Assembly: GCA_032718475.1 (NCBI GenBank)
Contig: JAUCBJ010006036.1
Location: forward strand, 1-32,245
Source of the DNA: Nemertoderma westbladi
Taxonomy: Eukaryota > Animalia > Xenacoelomorpha
Length of the DNA stretch: 32,245 bases
Direction of reading: 5' to 3'
Position 1 is the first letter of the stretch; each line of letters starts with the position of its first letter. Below the pieces are notes generated by a model, which ran no database searches, was not told the DNA's origin, and was given only the letters and a program-made list of their open reading frames with translations. Position numbers and translations under genes: made by a program. Below are positions 21,089 to 31,977 of this stretch, in pieces.

Positions 21089-22821
21089 TTAATTGTCCAT
21101 AGGTTCATCGAATGGTTCTTCAAAACCGGCATTATAAACGTCATCGACTTTAACCTGACGGATCCAGTTCGTATATCCACCGGGCGCAGGCGACATTGGC
21201 GAAGAAAGCGGTCGCAGGTACTTACTGAAAGCCAAATGTTTTGGAAGAAAATTATTCACACCGAGGTACAACTGTTGTAAATGATCCAAAGATTTCAACG
21301 ACTCAGAAAGCGTCATTTGCGCCAAATCGTTTGCAATAAAGGGAAGAAGGTGGTCTGCCTTGAAGCCGCTTGGACTAACAGGATCACGAACAACCCGCGC
21401 AACAGATATTCCCCCAAGAACTCCGTCGGAAAAGCGTAAAAGAAATAAACCATCAACTGGATGAGCAAGGAGCAAGTCCTCCGCAGATTTTTTGGACACA
21501 AAACCAAATATTAGGTTATCGTTCCAAAGATTCAAAAGAAATTTATCCAATAATGATATTATAGCATAGAACCAATGCCAGAAGGTGAACGATCTGTTAC
21601 CAGGTAAAAGGGACTTGTTAAATTGAGTCCATGAAATAATTTGTTCTGTTAAATCAAACCGTGAGTCGTTAGACCCTTTGAAAAGTCTAGAAGCCAACTC
21701 CCTCATTTGGGAGTCGTTCAAAGGTTTAGTTGATCCAATCTGGGTAATCTTTCGGTTTAGAGCTACGGCTATGTCCGGCCACGGCACACAATCTGGAGTA
21801 GAGAATCCCTGACGACCCAGTACCGAAAAGGAGTCGTCCCAAAACACCGTGGCGTGGCCATCCACCTCTTGGTTATTGTGGACAGTTATAACAATTGGTA
21901 AAGATAAACAAGCCGGTTTAAACTCGACCTCAAACTGTCCGAACCTGAATGATGCCTGAAATGCTAGACAGAATTTACCGTCTGTAACTGATGCTTCAGT
22001 AGAGCCCTTTTTAGGCCTATGGATTTTTGAAATTGATAAGCTTCTAAAGTTACCAACCATTTTTGAAGACTTTGAATCATAGTCCATTGTTTCCTCTGCA
22101 TTTTTTAATGAACTATGCATTTTTGGAGAGTCGGAAAACCCATCTTTAGAAAAATCGATCACTTGCGATTCATTGAAAATACAGCAATGTACTTTGGGGA
22201 GTGTTTGGTTGCTACGTAACAACCTACCGAAAAGTAGTCTTACATTCGCATTGAACTTGGAACCAGTACGGATAATCCGCGGTTTGGGCTGATCCTCTAT
22301 GACTAACGAAACACTCGCCATTTTGTATATTAATTGTTGAACTCTTGTATTCATTGCCTCAATATTCACAACGTTAAGTTGCTCAACAGCCGCAAAAAAT
22401 GCGGTTAAATCGAGACTTTCAACTATTTTGTTCAATTGTCGTAAAAAATCCATACAACTTTCGAAAAGATTGATGAAACATTCCTGAATTAAATCTAGCG
22501 AGGTTTCCTTCGACTTCCCTTCTCCATTTCTTTTCTCAAACATCCAACGATTAATTTCGCTTGTAAGAGAATTGAAACAAATCTCTGCCTTAATTATCAA
22601 TTCGTTATTCCACCGTAAGTATACCCCTAGGATTCCTCGGCCTATATCCACAGTCTGTTTAACCAGTTCAACATTTTGCAAGTAATTTATTTTTGATTGA
22701 ATTTCCTTTAAAGCGCTCTGAACATTTTCTTGATTTCTTTTTTCGGGGCTCATTGCATTGATTAGTCGTTGTTGTTCCTGTTGAATAAAGGTAATACTGC
22801 AACTTACAGTCTGTTGTTGAA
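21089..22821 (-). CDS. STAT: STAT transcription factor (STAT5-like), 3' exon: coiled coil, DNA-binding domain, linker, SH2, phospho-Tyr tail; 5' boundary uncertain (22821, 22789 or 22777)
   Basis: LVIEDQP..IIRTGSKFNANVRLLFG, SLPIVITVHNNQ..ATVFWDDSF, ISWTQFNK.LLPG.RSFTFWHWF, LWNDNLIFGFVSK, GLFLLRFSDGVLGGIS (SH2), GGY tail. The frame stays open upstream of 22753 to about 22828. Confidence 0.95.
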
Positions 22822-23498
22822 CTATTGTTCAACCGGGTCACAAACTTTGCAGGGTACCGGACCAGAGGCGGGTAAGGCAGATTGTGTCCGGAGCCGGTCC
22901 AGAGCGGGTATGTAAATGATGTCACGCAAAAAAATGTCATCAAAAAAATATAGGTGCTAAAAAACGGGTGAGTACAAAACTAAGACCCAACACCCAATTA
23001 TAAAGACCTGCATAATCTTGTAACATATGTGTTAACTTTTGTTTATTGTTTTGGTTCCCCCAACACGCTTCTGTAACCTGCTCATTTACTAACCTGCGCC
23101 ATTAAATGGCAATGGGACCTAACGCTCTTTGTGACCTGTATAAAACAAAGTCGCGTCAGGTCCCAAAGAGCGTAAGGTCCTAAAGAGCGTTAGGTCCCAT
23201 TGCCATGTAAAGGAACAGATTAGTAAAGAGGCAGGTTACAGAGGCGTGTTGGGGGAACCAAACCAAAACAATAAACGAAAGTTCAGAAGGTAACAGATGT
23301 GTTTTGTACAGGTCTTTATTATTTGCGTCTTGGGTGTTTGTTTAGTAGTCAGTCACCTGCTAAAAAAACCTAGGCCTAGTTTGTGAGCCCTGTTTATGAG
23401 CGAGCATGGTATATATATATATATATAAAAGTACTGTAAAACTTTATTCGTATTTTCATAGATATACCGGCAGACCGGTATTAAGATGCAGTATTACC
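22790..23498. other. 709-bp inverted-repeat-bounded segment interrupting STAT (intron or insertion)
   Basis: GGTAATACTGCAACTTA at 22790-22806 (+) versus GGTAATACTGCATCTTA at 23498-23482 (-), 16/17 identical. Confidence 0.75.
22951..23372. mobile_element. Fold-back MITE-like element nested in the STAT interruption
   Basis: Long imperfect arms, e.g. GTTTATTGTTTTGGTT..CCCCCAACACGC..CTGTAACCTGC..ATGGCAATGGGACCTAACGCTCTTT and its reverse complement at 23157-23340, around an 18-nt loop (23139-23156). Outer limits approximate. Confidence 0.85.
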
Positions 23499-24056
23499 CT
23501 CCTCTAGCTTAGTTAATTCACAAGATGAAGCAAAATATTGTTCGTGATTAATTTTAAGGTTGCTGACGTCATTGTCGCAATGATATATAATCATTTTTAT
23601 TTCGTCTATTTTATCACGCAGATCTTGGTAAACAGCAAAATCTTGCACAGGAACGGGTTCAAGTAGAAGAATACTGGCTTTATAACTTGTATGCTCTCGG
23701 ATTTTACTATCCTCTGTTTTCAAGCAATCATTCAAACATGCGAAGAACTTGGAAGGATCTCCAGAAAATCGTTCCTGTAAAGTTTGCAATCCTAAACGCA
23801 GATGCCGTTTAATAGTGTACTCACGTTCAATGGAGATTCGATTTTCCACGAGATTAATTAATGTGTTAAACATTTTGTCGGAACCTGTAGTAGGCTGACC
23901 TTGTAATGCAATACATTGCTCCTCCAACCAGGTCGAGAAATAATTACGAATATCAATAGGAATTTGAAATTGGTTGTAACAATCCTCGACAACTTGCAAA
24001 TATTCGACGGGTAGATCACAAGTCTTTTTCCACATCTCTGATTTATTATCCGACAT
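23498..24056 (-). CDS. STAT: STAT 5' exon: N-terminal domain and start of the coiled coil
   Basis: MW...LQVVEDCY..FQIPIDIRNYFSTWLEEQ and LQERFSGDP..F...L..CLKTE..I match the STAT N-domain pattern (FPIEVRHYLAxWIE; LQxxYxxxP..L..E). ATG at 24056; donor-like G|GTAATA at 23498/23497. Confidence 0.88.
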
Positions 24057-25542
24057 ATTGGTGTATTGCAATAGTCTGATAGTACTACACACACAGGTAC
24101 AGCTGTACAGCCTACCAACAACCACTACCAGACTACACAGCTACACATGGTATGCTACAGATACTAAGCAGCTAAGCTACCCTGCTACCGGAACTTTTTT
24201 ATTTACTCGCCATGTCGCCAACTTGTTGTGCAAAGCAACATTTAAATTTTTCGTATTTATTATGATGCTATTTAATATTAATATATTGTGTTTAAATCTA
24301 TCTTTAACGTGCAGTACACTAGTACAGTGCTCATATCTCAGTATCTACCGGTACTCTTATATTTCATATTTGTCGGCTTGACCGAATTTAACATATCATA
24401 TCATATCTGCTAGCTACAGACAGGCAGATCCAGCCAGATATGTGTATCCTGCCTGCCTGATGTTCTGCATTCTGGTAGGCCTATCTGACTATAACTGTAT
24501 ATAGGCTGATAGGTATACTGCTGAACTGTATAACCTGATATCAGTAGGCTATAATCCTGTAATCTGCGATCTAATACTGTAATAATAGTATGATAGACGA
24601 GCTGCTATGCTATTGCAGGTTTATATAATACAATACAATACAATACAAAACAATATAATACAATATTCAGATATTGTAGAGTACAGGCTGACAGGAGTAG
24701 GCCTAGGACTGTAGGATATGATATAAACGCAAGCGAAAATTTTGAACCCTTTTCAGCTTTTTAAACATCTGCCTACCGGTACTCCAACTGCCCAACTCCC
24801 ACTCCACACTGGAGTCCATAAACATGTGGCTAAGTCTGTAAGTCACACGAATAGTTCCCAAAAGGCACTTTGGCATTTTGGCATTTTTTCCATGTACCTA
24901 AATAATTGCATCCAGCTGTCCAGCGTAAATGCCAAAATGCCTTAGTGTAAGATTTCCCTAAAGGCACTTTGGCATTCTGGCAATTAGTCAATAAAAACCG
25001 ATAAACCAAAGTACACATGATTCCACTGAATTGTTTCCTTTAAGTCAAATATCTGACGAAACAAATTTTAATAACAATATTCACTTTTTCCTTTAGTCAA
25101 ATATTTGCCGAAACAAATTTAAATAACTATTCACTGCGGGCGTATTCAATTTTATGAATTACATTATCTCATACATAGATAATCATACATACTGTATAAT
25201 TCAGGATGGGAAGGGGGGGGGGGGGGGGGGATGTTGGGGGAGATTCGACGCAAATAACACATGATTTCACTGTATTGTTTCCTTTAGTAAAATATCTGGC
25301 TAAAGCGTTCCTGAAGCGATGTGGTGGATTACTTATTTCATCGTAGTTGCAAATGGAATTAATGTCATAAATACTGCATGTAACAATGTCAAATATGTAA
25401 TGTGCAGCTTATACTGGTGACAAGGCGGTTGTTGTTCGACCCTAACATGGGAAACTTGAGTTTCCAGTGCCTACTGACCCGGGTTGTACAACAATCGCGA
25501 TAACGGAGCACAAGGAAACAGACTTAATAAATATAGTTTAGT

Positions 25543-25581
25543 TTAACACTTTGACTGCCTTTGACGCACCGGTGCGTCAAA
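25543..25581 (+). mobile_element. piggyBac-like terminus (single end)
   Basis: TTAA followed by CACTTTGACTGCC and a perfect 22-bp palindrome TTTGACGCACCGGTGCGTCAAA. No partner end seen. Confidence 0.45.
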
Positions 25582-25666
25582 TGGTAGACAATAGATTGTG
25601 TCATAACTACCCAATACTTTTTTACTCCCCACATAAAAACCTGGTTTCCATTTTACCTCTGGCATT

Positions 25667-25967
25667 GCAGACACACTAACCTTGCCTCAAACCCAGCACC
25701 ACCCTGCAGACACACCAACCTTGCCCCCACCCAGCACCACCCTGCAAACACACCAACCTCGCCTCCACCCAGCACCACCCTGCAGACACACCAACCTTTC
25801 CTCCACCCAGCACCACCCTGCAGACATACCAACCATGCCTCCACCCAGCACCACCCTGCAGACACACCAACCTTTGCTCCACCCAGCACCACCCTGCAGA
25901 CATATACCAACCATGCCTCCACCCAGAACCACCCTGCAGACATACCAACCATGCCTCCACCCAGCAT
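25667..25967. repeat. C-rich ~38-bp minisatellite, ~8 copies
   Basis: Unit approximately CCACCCAGCACCACCCTGCAGACACACCAACCTTGCCT. Confidence 0.95.
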
Positions 25968-26285
25968 CATCTCCACCCATACATAGATAATGATACATAC
26001 TGTATATTTCAGGTTGGGACTGGGGGGGGGGGGGGGGGGGGGGGGGGGGATTCGACGCAAATAACACATTATTTTATTGTATTTGTTTCCTTTAAGTCAA
26101 ATATCTGACGAAACAAATTTAAATAACAATATTCACGTATATTTTTCCTTTAGTCAAATATTTGCCGAAACAAATTTAAATAACTATTCACTGTATTCAA
26201 TTTTATGAATTACACTATCTCATACATAGATAATCATACATACTGTATCATTCAGGTTGGGACTGGGGGGGGGGGGGGGGTTACT

Positions 26286-26415
26286 TCGACGCAAATACAG
26301 AAATAACAGATGATTGTACTCTTTTAAAAAATAAAACTGTAACTGTTCTGTTATGTTTTCGTTTATTTTATTCTTAGAATAACGTGCCATTGTAACCTGG
26401 TCCTTTCCCTTACTG
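26286..26415 (+). repeat. Dispersed repeat fragment homologous to ~9815-9925 and to the fold-back arm at ~23030-23095
   Basis: Shared TCGACGCAAATA...AATAAAACTGTAAC.TGTTCT...GTTTATT...TTAGAATAACGT...TAACCTG.TCCTTTCCCTTA. Confidence 0.75.
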
Positions 26416-26795
26416 ATCCTAAATTACCCAACTCTAAGGTTATCATTGAGAATCCGTTTCTTATCCTCCTTTAAATAAACGAAGAAGCGTTTCATCAGTT
26501 AATCCCTGAAATTAAAACAAATATTATAAATAGATAGAACAAAAATAAATGTATGTTACATTCGGGCTTAGTAATTTGTAGATCGAATGTAACCTAGTTA
26601 TAGGATCCAATGTAACATAATTGCGGTTACGTTCGATTCCAAATAACTATGTTACATTCGATCCTGATTACGTTCAGTCTGTCACCCGAACGTAATTAGT
26701 CATCCTTATCCAACTTGTACTACTGTATTGAAGTAGTACTTATAGCAGCTCAGTACACCTTGCAGCTTTGTCCTGACTCCTTACTATACACGTTC

Positions 26796-27374
26796 GTGGG
26801 GCCTTCGCGCAGCACGAGAGCCTTAGAAAGTAGATTATACTAATCTCTATTAGATATACGAAAACCGTCTTTCCCAATATATATATGAGTGAAGGCGATG
26901 CTATCAGTTTGTGATAAACTAGTTGTAAAAACAGAGATCCATTTCAGTTTGCCCTTACACACTTTAACAGTCATATTTAAGTTAAGTATGTCATTTTTAG
27001 TTTTACAATACTCTTCTCCTTCATTAGCCTCGTTGCGCTCGTCCTGTTTTGTCTTATATAATTTTCATAAACGGAGATTAACGACCTTTATAACTATGTA
27101 AAGTCTGGAAACTGTGAGAGTAATTGCTGATTTATGACAGATGGATACTCGTATTCACTGTAAACACGTTGCGTTCGTTCGTTTTTTTTTTTACCAAACT
27201 TCCGATTCTTTCTACACTACATACTCTACGACTACATACGTACCAAGTTTCGTTTTAGGAATAACCGAGTTATTAGCGATCAAAAATTTACGAGCGACGA
27301 CGACGACGACGACAGACAACTCGTTAATGGTACCCATATGCAAAGGCTACGCTCACTTCGTGGCTCGCCCCACA
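26796..27374 (-). mobile_element. Second, shorter copy of the HINE-like element in inverted orientation
   Basis: 26796-~27045 is the reverse complement of ~9285-9546 (GTGGGGCCTTCGCGCAGCACGA...CTCCTTCATTAGCCTCGTT). It ends (GAC)n..TTCGTGGCTCGCCCCACA, the reverse complement of 8600-8617. Confidence 0.85.
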
Positions 27375-29009
27375 GCTATATGCATATACCTGTATTGTAT
27401 AACTGCAGTACACTGTATATCTATATTCTACGGTATCATACTGTACTGCATCTCACTATCTGTAGTGCTCTTGACTTGACTTAATGTACAACTAAATGAA
27501 CCGAATCTATTATAGACAGGGTACAGTCAGCACTTAACCGAGGGGAAAGCAAGATGAGGCCTACAGTAGTAATGTCTCATGATGATATTGTTGGTAATTT
27601 GTTTTGTCCACGCTGATGTACAACTAATAATAAAGAATAAAAAACTAAAAAAAGTATAAATCGACACATCAAATGATCACTACCACCTCAAATGTACTCC
27701 AACACCGCCCATTCGAGAGACGTTACAGTCACAGAGTTACTTTTAGTGGGCGGAGTTTTGAACCAGGGAATAGTTAGCAGTGGACTTAGTACTGTATCTA
27801 GTTTTCTCTGTATCTCATTCGCTGTTTTTGACTAAAAAATTTCTAACAAATACATTCTAATAATAATCGGCCGTTCATTTACCATTCAACGATAGACAAC
27901 TATAATGAACTGTGCTGTTCAGTGTTATTAGAGGCAATTGTAATTGTTTTTCGTTTGGGATGCGTAATTAACTGGTATGTTATTATTTTTGGGCTCAAAA
28001 TTGTAGCTCAACTATTATATTTTTCGAAAAGGATTTCGAAATTTCACTGCAGTTCTTTTGAAGCCGACATTTTCAATTCAAAGTTGTGCGGAATGGAGTC
28101 GGACGTTACGTGTTGGGCGTTACATAAAAAATAGCAATATTTAGCCACCTCTGTCTGCTTTATTTTTTGTCTTTGGAATGTACTCTAGATATCATTAGAA
28201 CCGCCTTCATCTGCAGATTCCGAATCTGAAAACCATTTTAAATTTCACCAACAATTGCCAAATATATTATCAAAATACTAAGGTGTGAATTTTGGGTCGA
28301 AAATCGCAATTATTGAAACCTACAGTATTTGTTATTTATTTATGCCTTTTAAACTATACACTGCATGCAATTTAGACATTAAATACATGTAAAGCTTACA
28401 ACACTTTTCAACCCTGCCTTTCACGAGGATGCTTCAATTATGTCCATTGACCAAATTGCAGAAAATGAAAATTTTGTCCCTTCCATTTTCAAACCACTTA
28501 TATGCCATTTTTGCCTAAATGGAGATTGCTGCATTTCTTTATGTTTAAATGTATTCCGAATCCGATTAACACACTTAGAAGGCCATACTCCAAAGTTGAA
28601 ATTAGATATTTAACGTTTCAAATCCACCTAAATGCCAGTTTTGCAGTGACCGCATGATAAAATAATTTTTTAAAACAACCTACTGACCTATATAACACAT
28701 TTTACTATTATAAATATAATTATCCCGGGAAACGTTGATATAAAATTCGAAACAACGAATAAAGAGCTAAAATGTTTGTTTATTGATGAGGGAGATTTGA
28801 TTTATATTTTTAAGGGGGAAGTCCCTAATTCCAAAAAAAAACCTATTTTTCCTTTTCAATCCCTCCTGGTGCAGATTTTTATGAGGATTTCAAAACTTCA
28901 AACTTCAAATCGCTTGTTAATAGCTAATGTAGTTGAAACGTTATGAGCGATAATGTTAACCTTACTCTGTCTAAGTGTCTGAGAAAAGCTAGCTGGGATT
29001 GTGTTTCTG

Positions 29010-29760
29010 GCGGTCTGTCTGTCAAAATATAACAAATCCATTCATCCTAGCTAAAAGTTTTGTTATTGGGGTTTTACTGGTGGCTGATTTCATTCCAAAC
29101 GTCAGTTTTCACTTTTGACGAAAACTATTGTCTTTATGCCTCGCTGTCAGACTGTCTGTCTGTCCGCGGACGGTCTCTCTGTCAAAATATAAGAACATAC
29201 AGTAATACCACAAATCTAAATAATTTTTGTTGTGGTTTTCCTCGTCGCTCATTTCATTTCCGATGTCAGTTTTCATAATTGGCGAAGTCGATTATGTTTG
29301 TCTGTCGGTCTGTCTGTATGTCCGTATGTCTGTCAAAATATAAGAAAATCATTCCACTTAGCTAAAAGTTTTGTTATGGGGGTTTTCCTGGTTGCTGAAT
29401 TAATCTGCGTCGTCAGATTTCACTTTTAACAAAACCTACTATGTCTGCGTATGTCTGTCTGTCGGTTTTTCTGTCTGTCCAGCTATCTGTATGTCAAAGT
29501 AATAGGAAATCATAACAACTGGCTAAAAAGTTCGTTATGGGGGTTTTCATGGTTGGTGATTTAATTTCCGATGATGTCAGTTTTCATGTATGACGTCATC
29601 CACAATGTCTGTCTGTCTGTTCAGCTGTCGGTCATATTTTGACGGACAGACCGACAGCAATTCAGACAGACATGACACTGTCAAATTAAAAATCTGACCT
29701 CAGAACTGAATTCACCGCCCCGTAAAACACTTACAACAAAATTTTCAGCTGGGTTGTGTG
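29010..29760. repeat. ~155-bp diverged repeat: four direct copies plus one inverted copy, with GTCT microsatellite spacers; probably transposon-derived
   Basis: TGTCAAAATATAA...AGCTAAAAGTTTTGTTATGGGGGTTTT..GGT.GCTGA..T...GTCAGTTTTCA at ~29020, 29180, 29330 and 29492; reverse complement at ~29635-29755. Confidence 0.85.
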
Positions 29761-30265
29761 CGATTTTAACATTTAAATTCAATTAAATTACCCTAACCAT
29801 AAACTTTAAATGCATTTTCTGGCGAATGCAATTTATAAATTTCAAATTGCAAAGGCTTTTTAAAGAATCAATATTAATCGCTAATTTTTCGTATACAAAG
29901 TTGGTGTTAGATGTTGAAACTATTATATAGACAAATTTTTGAAATTTTGAGATAATCCATAATTTTAACGAAATATTTGTTAATTTTCCTTAATTTTCCA
30001 ATTTTTGGTAACTTTCGTTTTTTGTTGTTGTAATTTTTGAAAATTAGCTGTAAAATGAAAACGGTACATAATATCAAAATTCTGTCTATAGGATTTATTG
30101 TGTACGGTAATCCGGACATGTGCATAAAACTTCATTACAATTAAGAGAAAATTGTGGGAGCCTTTGCGATTTTTTGAATAATTGCATTATTATGTTATTA
30201 ATTAGGTAAAAAATTAAAAATAAATTTTAGAAATTTTTTTATCCAGCTAGTGTTGTATACAAGTC

Positions 30266-31977
30266 ATCCATCCATATCCAGTCATCCATACAAGTCATTC
30301 ATCCATATCCAGTCATCCATACTGTACAAGTCATCCAACCATATCCAGTCATCCATACTGTACAAGTCATCCATCCATATCCAGTCATCCATCCATATCC
30401 AGTCATCCATACAAGTCATCCATCCATATCCAGTCATCCATACAAGTCATCCATCCATATCCAGTCATCCATACAAGTCATCCATCCATATCCAGTCATC
30501 CATACAAGTCATCCATCCATATCCAGTCATCCATACAAGTCATCCATCCATATCCAGTCATCCATACAAGTCATCCATCCATATCCAGTCATCCATACAA
30601 GTCATCCATCCATATCCAGTCATCCATCCATATCCAGTCATCCATACAAGTCATCCATCCATATCCAGTCATCCATACAAGTCATCCATCCATATCCAGT
30701 CATCCATACAAGTCATCCATCCATATCAGTCATCCATACAAGTCATCCATCCATATCCAGTCATCCATACAAGTCATCCATCCATATCCAGTCATCCATA
30801 CAAGTCATCCATCCATATCCAGTCATCCATACAAGTCATCCATCCATATCCAGTCATCCATACAAGTCATCCATCCATATCCAGTCATCCATACAAGTCA
30901 TCCATCCATATCCAGTCATCCATACAAGTCATCCATCCATATCCAGTCATCCATACAAGTCATCCATCCATAATCCAGTCATCCATACAAGTCATCCATC
31001 CATATCCAGTCATCCATCCATATCCAGTCATCCATACAAGTCATCCATCCATATCCAGTCATCCATACAAGTCATCCATCCATATCCAGTCATCCATACA
31101 AGTCATCCATCCATATCCAGTCATCCATACAAGTCATCCATCCATATCCAGTCATCCATACAAGTCATCCATCCATATGCAGTCATCCATACAAGTCATC
31201 CATCCATATCCAGTCATCCATACTGTACAAGTCATCCATCCATATCCAGTCATCCATACAAGTCATCCATCCATATCCAGTCATCCATACAAGTCATCCA
31301 TCCATATCCAGTCATCCATACAAGTCATCCATCCATATCCAGTCATCATACAAGTCATCCATCCATATGCAGTCATCCATACAAGTCATCCATCCATATC
31401 CAGTCATCCATACTGTACAAGTCATCCATCCATATCCAGTCATCCATACAAGTCATCCATCCATATCCAGTCATCCATACAAGTCATCCATCCATATCCA
31501 GTCATCCATACAAGTCATCCATCCATATCCAGTCATCCATACAAGTCATTCATCCATATCCAGTCATCCATACAAGTCATCCATCCATATCCAGTCATCC
31601 ATACAAGTCATCCATCCATATCCAGTCATCCATCCATATCCAGTCATCCATACAAGTCATCCATCCATATCCAGTCATCCATACAGTCCAAGTCATCCAT
31701 CCATATCCAGTCATCCACTACAAGTCATCCATCCATATCCAGTCATCCATACAAGTCATCCATCCATATCCAGTCATCCATACAAGTCATCCATCCATAT
31801 CCAGTCATCCATACAAGTCATTCATCCATATCCAGTCATCCATACAAGTCATCCATCCATATCCAGTCATCCATACAAGTCATCCATCCATATCCAGTCA
31901 TCCATCCATATCCAGTCATCCATATCCAGTCATCCATCCATATCCAGTCATCCATATCCAGTCATCCATACAAGTCA
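30266..31977. repeat. 31-bp satellite, roughly 55 units
   Basis: Consensus TACAAGTCATCCATCCATATCCAGTCATCCA (period 31, e.g. 30441 and 30472), with occasional extra 18-bp subunits and TACTG insertions. Confidence 0.99.

Larger units (their letters stand above)
25013..26310 (+). repeat. Locally duplicated ~240-bp unit ending in poly-G (copies ~25013-25300 and ~25980-26310)
   Basis: TTGTTTCCTTTAAGTCAAATATCTGACGAAACAAAT...CATACATAGATAATCATACATACTGTAT..TTCAGG.TGGGA-(G)n-TTCGACGCAAATA recurs. G-tracts at 25213-25230, 26022-26049 and 26265-26280. Confidence 0.9.

Noticed and set aside
25653-26069. Several Gly/Trp/Pro-rich ORFs
   Set aside because: Products of the minisatellite and poly-G tracts, open in multiple frames.
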